Assembly (NCBI GenBank): GCA_035764935.1
Contig: DASTYK010000149.1
Coordinates: forward strand, 36,944-100,943
DNA from: Longimicrobiales bacterium
GTDB taxonomy: Bacteria; Gemmatimonadota; Gemmatimonadetes; Longimicrobiales; RSA9
Direction of reading: 5' to 3'
DNA length: 64,000 nt
Positions 26,712 to 36,210 of the stretch are shown one piece after another. The notes beneath the pieces were generated by a model. The model was given only the letters and a program-made list of their open reading frames with translations, was not told the origin of the DNA and ran no database searches. The position numbers and the translations under genes were made by a program. How positions within the stretch are numbered: the first letter of the stretch is position 1; the number at the start of each line of letters is the position of its first letter.

Positions 26712-29700
26712 TCAGCGCCGCTCCGGCGCGGCGGCGGGCGTTCGGTTCAGCCGCTCGAAGTACTCCAGGATCAGGCGCCGATACGCGGGCGGCAGCCCGT
26801 TCAGCTCCTCGGGCGTCGGCACACGGTAGCGCGCTGCGGGATCGAGCAGTGCCGGATCGATCGGCAGCGCCTCGCCTGCGCCGATTCCGCCCGGCCGTTC
26901 GGCCACGCGCTCATCCGTCTGCTCGTCGCGCTCCAGTGAGCGGCCCGCATCCAGCAGGCGATGGAAGAGCCGCTCCTGCCGGGCACGCGACTCCGGCGAT
27001 AGTCTGCCACCCTCCATCTCGCGCGCCAGCTGTTCGGCCTCGCGCGCCAGCGCATCGAGATCGCCGAGCACGTTGTCGCGGCCGCCGATGTTCTGACTGA
27101 CCTCGTCCAGCTGCTGCGCGATGTTGCGCTGCTGCGAGCCCAGTCGCTGGAGCTCGCGGGCCATGCTGCCGGGGCTCAGGTTCATCGGCAGCAGAGAGCT
27201 GGTCTGCCCGTTCAGCGAGCCCTGCTGCTGGGCCGCGTCTGCGAGCTGCTGCATCGCCTGCTGCAGTCCCGTGCCGGCCTCCTGCTGCTGCATCTGCTGC
27301 GCGTTGTTCAGCAGTGCGAGCGCCAGGCGGTTGAGCGCATCCACGGTCTGCTCCGCTTCCTGCGTCGGCAGGCCCTGCTGCTCGCTGGCCTGAGACAGGC
27401 CCTCCAGCGTCTGCTGCATGCTGACGTTGGCGCGACCGAGCGCGGCGCCCACCTCGCGGCTCAGCATGGCCGAGCGCTGACCCGTCTCGTTCAGGTTGCG
27501 TCCGAGCTGCTGCAGCCCCTGCTGCAGAGCCGCCTGCTCCGAACGCATGCCCTCCAGTCCGCTGCCCGCGCCCTGCCCGCCGGAGCCCTGCTGCCCTCCC
27601 TGGGCACCGCCCTGCTGCTGTCCGCCCTGGCCACCCGCCTGCTGACCCGCTCCGCTGGCCGACTGCTGGCCGCCCTGCTGAGCTCCCTGTTGCCCGCCCT
27701 GCTGCTGCTGCCCCTGCCCACCCTGTCGCTGTCCGCCCTGCTGGGCGCCCTGGCTTCCGGCCTGCTGCTGAGTCTGCTGCTGCGCACCGCTCTGCGACCC
27801 CTGCTGCGCCCCCTGCTGGCGGCCACTCTGCTGCTGGCCGTCCTGCTTGCGGCCCTGCTGCTGGTCGCCCTGCTTCTGCCCCTGGCCACCCTGCGGCGGC
27901 GGCTCCGTGCCGATCCGGATCTCGGGCCGCGGCAATTGCGGCAGCGAGGGCAGCTGGAACGGCTCCGGTCGCTCCTCTGCGGAGTCCGGCTGCTCCCCCT
28001 GCTGCTGACGCTCCATCTCTTCCAGCACCGCCTGCTGGCGTTCGGCGAGCGCAAGCGCCTCCTGCGTAGCCTGCTGGACCTGCTGCTCCACCTCCGACTT
28101 CCACTGCGCCGTCATCTCGCCGCGCGCCTGGTCGAGCGACTGTGCGGCCTGCTCGAGCTGCTGCGCCGCCTGTTCCGCGTTCTGTTGCGCACCGGCCTGC
28201 TGACGCGCCTGCGCCTGTTGCGCTGCGCGCTGCTGCGTCTCGGATGCCTGCTGTGTCTGCTGCGCAGCATCAGCCGTGCGCTGCGCCGTTTCCGATTCCC
28301 CCTGCGAGTCGAGCTTCTGCTCCAGCTCGGCAAGCGCCTCCGCGAGCTGCTGGCTCTGCCGAGCGAGCGCCCGCTGCTCACCGGCGCGAGCAGCCGCATT
28401 TCCCTGCTTCATCTCCTCCGCCATTGCACGCTGCTGCGTGGCCAGCTCGCGCGCCTGCTGCGCTTTGGCGGACATCTCCTGCTCCAGCGCGGCGCGGCGC
28501 AGCAGCTCCGTGCTGCGCTCGAGCTGCGCACGCATTTCCTCCTGCTGCTCCGCCATCTGCTCGAGCGCCCGCTGTACCTCTTCCGGATCGAGGTTCTCCA
28601 GCGCCTGGCGCATCTGCTCCATCTGCTCGCGCAGCTCCGGCGTGAGCAGTCTGTCGTACAGATCGCGCAGCTCCTGCATCCGCTGCTGCAGCTCGGCGTC
28701 CTCGAGGCCGGCCGCACGCATCGCGCGGATCAGCGACTCCAGCCGTTCCCGCATGGCTTCCGCTTCACCCACCATGCGCTCCTGCTCCGCCAGTGCGCGG
28801 CCTGCCTCCTGCGCCTCCTGGAAGCCCATCTGCTGGCCGTCGCCGGCCCGGCCTCCGCCGTTGCCGGAGTTGCGCCGCGCGTTCGCCGCGCGCGCCCGGC
28901 GCTCCAGCTCGCTCGTCGACTGCTGCAGCGACTCCGCAGCGCGCGCCAGGTCAGCAGCGTCGCGCACCGCGTCTTCCGCCTGCCGTGCGGCCTCCTCGCG
29001 CAGTGCATCGCGGCCGGGCAGCCAGAGCGCGTACACGTCGCTCTCGCCCACCTGCCGGCGCGGCGAGTTGTCGCTGACCCGCAGGAGATACTTCAGCGTG
29101 TCACCCGGCAGCAGCCCTCGCTCGGTGGCGTCCAGCACCGCGCGCAGCAGCGCGCGATCGCCCGCCGCAAGGTCGATGGCCTGCTCGACAGCGGGCTCGC
29201 GCTCCCCCTGCGCACTGACGCGCCAGCTCACGAGCGTTGCCGACGAGAGTCCGTAGTCGTCGCGCGCATCACCGGCAACGAGCTGCCTCAGGTCGGGCGC
29301 GATCACCGTGTCCGTGCCGGGGAACGTGACGAGCGCCTGCGGCGGTGCGTCGGCGATCAGCGTGATCTCGAGCGGCGCCGGATCCAGCGCGGGGGCATTG
29401 CCGGCACCGTCGCGCAGCGTCCACTGGTAGATGCCGCTGCGCGCGGGCACGATGCGACCGCTGAATGTGCCGCCCTCCACCGTCAGCGCGAAGGACGCAT
29501 CGACACCCTCCAGCATGGCGGCGCCCAGCGGACGCGTGGTCCGTCCGCTCACGATGATCTCCGTGCCTTCCTCGATCTCGAGCGGCGGGATGTCCGTCTG
29601 GTAGCGCTCGACGGCGCGACCGACGTACGCCGGCGCACGCAGCTCGACGACCAGGTCCGCCACCAGCATGGGATCGACGGGTGTGACGGTGAACGTATCG

Positions 29701-30518
29701 GACCGCGCGCCGTCCGGTGTCGTGACCCAGTACGTCGTTGCGGTCTCGACGCGCGGGATCACCGCCGCAGCGCTGTCACCGATCACCTCGAGCGTGCGTT
29801 GACGCGGCACGTCACCCTGCGCTCGCCACGCGACCGACGCGGCCGTCCGCCCCGGCGCCCGCACCCGCACCCGCAGATCGCTGCCGCGGGCGATCTCGCT
29901 GTCGCCTGGCTCGACCGAGATCGCGGGCAGCGGTGGTGGTGACAGGTGGGCTACGGGATGCAGCATCGGCGACCAGCTCGCGGCCGATCGTTCGGGTGCC
30001 GCGAAGCCGAGCATGCCGACCAGCAGCGCCAGCGCGCCCAGGGTCGAGAGTGCCAGCACGCGACGTCGCCGCGCGCGCTCCCCGAGCGCACCCTCCAGCT
30101 CGCGCGCGCTCCTGCCAGCGAGCTGTGGGGCCAGCCGCGCGCCGGCGCGCCGGATCAGCGCCGCGGACGTGCCGGGCGGCGTCGCATGCTCCAGCTCGAG
30201 CAGCGTTCGCAACTCGCCCGGCGCTAGGCCGAGTCGTGATTCCGTGCCGGCCGCGATACGCGGAGCGTCCAGCGGGTGCAGCCAGCGACGCACCGCCACG
30301 TAAGCGGCAGCACCCGCAATCAGCGCGGCGAACAGCTCCAGCAGCAGTGGCGCAAGACTCGGCGCTCGCCAGCCCGCCCAGCCGCCGAGCAGCCACGCGA
30401 CCAGCAGGGCTGCAGGAATGGCGGCCGCAACACCGGCAGCGATCGAAATGACGACCGCGGTGCGGATGCGACGCCGTGTCGCCTCGACGATGCCACGAAG
30501 GTCGGGTGCCGGTGTCAT
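26712..30518 (-). CDS. Giant membrane-anchored protein, DUF4175-like (TM anchors, beta-rich region, long coiled coil, Q/G low-complexity tract, conserved C-terminal box)
   Basis: 1268 aa. Three hydrophobic segments lie in the first ~175 aa. Aa ~180-520 are beta-rich. Aa ~520-870 are an E/Q/A/R heptad-like coiled coil. Aa ~875-990 are almost pure Q/G/A/S. The C-terminus is LNGLPPAYRRLILEYFERLN. The overall architecture matches what I recall for DUF4175 / TIGR02302-type low-complexity proteins. Confidence 0.7.
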   Translation of the reverse strand: MTPAPDLRGIVEATRRRIRTAVVISIAAGVAAAIPAALLVAWLLGGWAGWRAPSLAPLLLELFAALIAGAAAYVAVRRWLHPLDAPRIAAGTESRLGLAPGELRTLLELEHATPPGTSAALIRRAGARLAPQLAGRSARELEGALGERARRRRVLALSTLGALALLVGMLGFAAPERSAASWSPMLHPVAHLSPPPLPAISVEPGDSEIARGSDLRVRVRAPGRTAASVAWRAQGDVPRQRTLEVIGDSAAAVIPRVETATTYWVTTPDGARSDTFTVTPVDPMLVADLVVELRAPAYVGRAVERYQTDIPPLEIEEGTEIIVSGRTTRPLGAAMLEGVDASFALTVEGGTFSGRIVPARSGIYQWTLRDGAGNAPALDPAPLEITLIADAPPQALVTFPGTDTVIAPDLRQLVAGDARDDYGLSSATLVSWRVSAQGEREPAVEQAIDLAAGDRALLRAVLDATERGLLPGDTLKYLLRVSDNSPRRQVGESDVYALWLPGRDALREEAARQAEDAVRDAADLARAAESLQQSTSELERRARAANARRNSGNGGGRAGDGQQMGFQEAQEAGRALAEQERMVGEAEAMRERLESLIRAMRAAGLEDAELQQRMQELRDLYDRLLTPELREQMEQMRQALENLDPEEVQRALEQMAEQQEEMRAQLERSTELLRRAALEQEMSAKAQQARELATQQRAMAEEMKQGNAAARAGEQRALARQSQQLAEALAELEQKLDSQGESETAQRTADAAQQTQQASETQQRAAQQAQARQQAGAQQNAEQAAQQLEQAAQSLDQARGEMTAQWKSEVEQQVQQATQEALALAERQQAVLEEMERQQQGEQPDSAEERPEPFQLPSLPQLPRPEIRIGTEPPPQGGQGQKQGDQQQGRKQDGQQQSGRQQGAQQGSQSGAQQQTQQQAGSQGAQQGGQRQGGQGQQQQGGQQGAQQGGQQSASGAGQQAGGQGGQQQGGAQGGQQGSGGQGAGSGLEGMRSEQAALQQGLQQLGRNLNETGQRSAMLSREVGAALGRANVSMQQTLEGLSQASEQQGLPTQEAEQTVDALNRLALALLNNAQQMQQQEAGTGLQQAMQQLADAAQQQGSLNGQTSSLLPMNLSPGSMARELQRLGSQQRNIAQQLDEVSQNIGGRDNVLGDLDALAREAEQLAREMEGGRLSPESRARQERLFHRLLDAGRSLERDEQTDERVAERPGGIGAGEALPIDPALLDPAARYRVPTPEELNGLPPAYRRLILEYFERLNRTPAAAPERR
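27550..27895 (-). repeat. Low-complexity coding tract (CAG/GGN-rich on the coding strand) encoding a ~115-aa Q/G-rich region
   Basis: The plus strand shows degenerate CTGCTG/GCCCTG runs. Translation: QGGQGQKQGDQQQGRKQDGQQQSGRQQGAQQGSQSGAQQQTQQQAGSQGAQQGGQRQGGQGQQQQGGQQGAQQGGQQSASGAGQQAGGQGGQQQGGAQGGQQGSGGQGAGSG. Confidence 0.7.
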
Positions 30519-31183
30519 GATACCACCTGCGCGAGTGCATAGACGAAGAGGTTGACGCCCATTCGGAACGCCAGCTCACGGGCCTCGGGCGGATCGTTGT
30601 GTCGATCTGCATCTTCCCAGCCATTGCCGAGGTCCGTCTCGTAGCTGTAAAAGACCACGAGCCGCCCCTGGTGGAAGATGCCGAACGCCTGCGCGGGCTT
30701 TCCGTCGTGCAGGTGGATCTTGGGGATCCCGCGCGGGAACTCGTAGAACGAATGGAAGACCGGATGATCCGCCGGGATCTCCGTCAGCTCGTATTCCGGG
30801 AAGACGCGCCGCATCTCGCGGCGGAAGCTCTCATCCAGGCCGTAATTGTCGTCCGCGTGCAGGAACCCGCCGCTCGTCAGGTAGCGCCGGAGCAGCCGCA
30901 CCTCCTCTTCCGTAAAGCGGACGTTGCCGTGGCCCGTCATGTAGAGGTACGGATAGGTCCAGAGGTCGGGGTCAGTGAGCTGTGTCTGCGCCGGCCTGCC
31001 GGCGACCGGCAGGCCGGTGCGGCTGCCGATCTCCCGCAGCAGGTTGGGCAGGCCCGAGGGATTGGCGTACCAGTCGCCGCCACCGCCGTACTGGAGCTGC
31101 GCGATCGTCAGCACCGGATCCGGCGCCGGACGAGCCGCGAGCGCGACGACAGCAGCAACAAGGACGGGCAGCAGCCGGATCAC
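30515..31183 (-). CDS. Secreted DUF4159-like protein
   Basis: 222 aa with a GTG start overlapping the rsmI stop (GTGA). Signal peptide MIRLLPVLVAAVVALAA. Blocks: LQYGGGGDWYANPSGLPNLL, YPYLYMTGHGNVRFTEEE...LRRYLTSGGFLHADDNYG, NLFVYAL, which match my recollection of DUF4159. Confidence 0.7.
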   Translation of the reverse strand: MIRLLPVLVAAVVALAARPAPDPVLTIAQLQYGGGGDWYANPSGLPNLLREIGSRTGLPVAGRPAQTQLTDPDLWTYPYLYMTGHGNVRFTEEEVRLLRRYLTSGGFLHADDNYGLDESFRREMRRVFPEYELTEIPADHPVFHSFYEFPRGIPKIHLHDGKPAQAFGIFHQGRLVVFYSYETDLGNGWEDADRHNDPPEARELAFRMGVNLFVYALAQVVS

Positions 31184-32028
31184 TCGGTTCCTTCCTCCTG
31201 CTCTGCAGCCTGCGCAAGCGTGATCGCGTACGCATCGTTGCGGGACATACCGGTGCGCTGCGCGACCTCCCGGGCCACCGCGCTCGGCCGGCCGCCCGCC
31301 TGGAGCAGCCGACGCGCCAGCTCGGCGACGTCCTGCGCGGTCACTTCCGCCGGCGACGCACCACCCAGCACCACGACCACCTCGCCCCTGGGCTCACCCG
31401 ATTCCTCGTAGTAGGCGGCCACATCGGCAAGGGTTCCGCGGACGAACGTCTCGTGGAGCTTGGTGAGCTCCCGGGCCACCGCCACGGCACGCTCGGCGCC
31501 GCAGTGGGAGTGCAGCTCCCGCAACAGGCGCTGCAGCCGGGCGGGACTCTCGTACAGCACCGCCGTATGCGGCAGCGCGGCCAGCTCCTGGAAGAGCGCG
31601 TCACGCTCACTGCGTGCGCGCGGCACGAATCCGTAGAAGGTAAACGGCACGGCCGGCAGACCCGACCCGACCAGCGCGGCCAGTAACGCGGATGCACCGG
31701 GAACGGGCACCACGCTGTGACCGGCGTCCAGTACCCGGCGAACGATTCGCTCGCCGGGATCCGACAGGATCGGTGTCCCTGCGTCCGACACCAGTGCGAG
31801 CGTCTCGCCGGCGTCGAGCCAGTCGACGACCTGCGCGGCGCGCGCGGCCTCGTTGTGCTCGTGTGCGGAGACCAGCGGGGTCTCGATGCCAAAGTGCCGC
31901 AGCAGGATGGCGGTGCGACGCGTGTCCTCCGCGAGCACCCGGTTCGCCTCGCGGAGCACATCCAGCGCCCGGTGCGTGACATCGCCCAGATTGCCGATCG
32001 GTGTGCTCACAATATACAGAACTGACAT
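31180..32028 (-). CDS. rsmI: 16S rRNA (cytidine1402-2'-O)-methyltransferase
   Basis: I prefer the ATG at 32028 (MSVLYIVSTPIGNLGDVTHRALDVLREANRVLAEDTR). SDAGTPILSDPG and YESPARL motifs are present. Confidence 0.9.
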   Translation of the reverse strand: MSVLYIVSTPIGNLGDVTHRALDVLREANRVLAEDTRRTAILLRHFGIETPLVSAHEHNEAARAAQVVDWLDAGETLALVSDAGTPILSDPGERIVRRVLDAGHSVVPVPGASALLAALVGSGLPAVPFTFYGFVPRARSERDALFQELAALPHTAVLYESPARLQRLLRELHSHCGAERAVAVARELTKLHETFVRGTLADVAAYYEESGEPRGEVVVVLGGASPAEVTAQDVAELARRLLQAGGRPSAVAREVAQRTGMSRNDAYAITLAQAAEQEEGTE

Positions 32029-32063
32029 GGACTTACGGTAGGCCTCCAGCACCGGTACGAAAA

Positions 32064-32093
32064 GCGGGGCGGCGGTCGATACCGCCGCCCCGC
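32064..32093 (-). terminator. Hairpin GCGGGGCGGCGG-TCGATA-CCGCCGCCCCGC downstream of trxA
   Basis: Perfect 12-bp stem, about 23 nt after the trxA stop (32116). Confidence 0.5.
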
Positions 32094-32115
32094 GACTGCG
32101 GGTGCACAGGAGCGA

Positions 32116-32448
32116 TTACAGATGCTCCTGCAGCTTCCGCTCCAGGTACTGCTTCGGCACCGCACCGACGACGGTGTCGACGTGCTTGCCGTCCTTGAAG
32201 AACAGAATGCTCGGAATCGAGCGAATATTGTACTTCATTGCCGTCTGCTGATTCGCGTCCACATCCAGCTTGGCGACCTTGACCTGCTCGCTGTACTCGG
32301 TTGCAAGCTGTTCCATGACCGGAGCCACCATCCGGCACGGGCCGCACCACGCCGCCCAGAAGTCCACGATCGTGAGGCCCTGGCCCTGTTCGACCTCGGT
32401 GCCGAAGTTGCCGTCCGAGACGGTGACCGGACCGCCGTTACCCGCCAT
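32116..32448 (-). CDS. trxA: Thioredoxin
   Basis: I prefer the ATG at 32448. Active site VDFWAAWCGPCRMVAP, length about 110 aa. Confidence 0.95.
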   Translation of the reverse strand: MAGNGGPVTVSDGNFGTEVEQGQGLTIVDFWAAWCGPCRMVAPVMEQLATEYSEQVKVAKLDVDANQQTAMKYNIRSIPSILFFKDGKHVDTVVGAVPKQYLERKLQEHL

Positions 32449-32551
32449 TACGCATCTCCTCTTCTGCCGCGCGCGCATGGCTGTGACTCTGCACGCGTGT
32501 TAGCTTGCCGCTCCCACAACGGGTTGCAAAAAACCGGCCTGGGAGCGGACC

Positions 32552-32962
32552 GTGGAACGTGTACTGGATCATGTCGCGATCGCTGTTCCGTCGATCGACG
32601 ACGCCCTTCCTCATTACGAAACCCTGATCGGCGCGCGCGGTTCCCTTCCGGAGACCGTGGAGGCGCAGGGCGTGCGCGTGGTCTTCATCGGCGGCGGCGC
32701 GGGAACGGTCGAGCTGCTCGAGCCACTGGGATCCGAGTCACCGGTCGCACGCTTTCTCGCCAGGCGCGGCCCCGGCCTGCACCACATCGCGTACCGTGTT
32801 TCCGACATCGAGGCCGCGCTCGCGGAGCAGATCGCCGCGGGTGTCCAGCCGATCGACAGCGCACCGCGTCCCGGCGCACACGGCCGGAGAGTCGCATTCC
32901 TGCACCCACGCAGCTTTTCCGGCGTGCTCGTGGAGCTGGTCGAGGCGCCGCCGGCCCGCTGA
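32552..32962 (+). CDS. mce: Methylmalonyl-CoA epimerase (VOC/glyoxalase family)
   Basis: 136 aa with a GTG start. Motifs: LDHVAIAVPSIDDAL..YE, VELLEPLG, GPGLHHIAY, FLHPRSFSGVLVELVE. Confidence 0.85.
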   Translation: MERVLDHVAIAVPSIDDALPHYETLIGARGSLPETVEAQGVRVVFIGGGAGTVELLEPLGSESPVARFLARRGPGLHHIAYRVSDIEAALAEQIAAGVQPIDSAPRPGAHGRRVAFLHPRSFSGVLVELVEAPPAR

Positions 32963-32974
32963 GCGGACGCCGGC

Positions 32975-33427
32975 TCAGCGCAGGTTCGTGATCCGCTCCA
33001 CGGCGATCTGCTCGATCAGCCAGGTGCGATTCGCGCTGTAAACGAGCGTGAACGGTACGACGGCGGAACGTCCGTCGGGCAGCACCATGCGCACGAGGAG
33101 CTGCGTGGCCACGTCGCGACGTCCAGGCACGATCTGCTCGCCCTCGAGCGAGTAGTCCTGGTGCCGCAGGATGGAGGCGAGCGCGAACATCCGGTCATCG
33201 ACCTGCTTCTGGGTGTCCCGTTCGACGATGGGGCCGTCGATGGTGCCGAACAGCCGCGCCATCGTGTCGAGGTCGTTCGCGTTCGCTGCGCGCAGGAACT
33301 GTTCGACGACGAGTGCCGGCGCCACGCTCGCGGCGGGTCCGCTGGGCGCCGGCGTGGCGGCCGGTGCGGAGCTGCACGCCGTGACGGCGGCCATGACGAT
33401 CAGGGCGAGAGCAGTGCGTCGTAGCAT
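32975..33427 (-). CDS. Hypothetical lipoprotein (possibly NTF2/SnoaL-like)
   Basis: I prefer the ATG at 33427 (MLRRTALALIVMAAVTACSS lipobox). VVEQFLRAANANDLDTMARLF resembles NTF2-like proteins. The functional call is weak. Confidence 0.5.
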   Translation of the reverse strand: MLRRTALALIVMAAVTACSSAPAATPAPSGPAASVAPALVVEQFLRAANANDLDTMARLFGTIDGPIVERDTQKQVDDRMFALASILRHQDYSLEGEQIVPGRRDVATQLLVRMVLPDGRSAVVPFTLVYSANRTWLIEQIAVERITNLR

Positions 33428-33483
33428 TCGGGTCAGCCTGTCCGTGAGGGCACGCCGGAAAGTCTGAGCCCGTCGCTGGACTG

Positions 33484-36096
<2,613 letters not shown>

Positions 36097-36141
36097 ACGA
36101 CACCTCTCATCGGGAGACGTGCGCCAGGCGGGCAAGCGTCA

Positions 36142-36180
36142 TGCCCCGGCCCGCTGCCGAATCGGCAGCGAACCGGGGCA
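36142..36180 (-). terminator. Compound hairpin TGCCCCGG-CCC-GCTGCCG-AAT-CGGCAGC-GAA-CCGGGGCA downstream of the M14 peptidase gene
   Basis: An 8-bp outer and a 7-bp inner perfect stem read in the sequence, about 30 nt after the stop at 36211 and upstream of clpB. Confidence 0.45.
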
Positions 36181-36210
36181 CTCGTGGTGAGAACCCGTCG
36201 TTCGTGCAGG

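Noticed and set aside
27550-27895. The repetitive CTG-rich DNA considered as a CRISPR array or non-coding microsatellite.
   Set aside because: There is no regular repeat-spacer periodicity. The tract is in frame within a 1268-aa ORF and simply encodes a Q/G low-complexity region.
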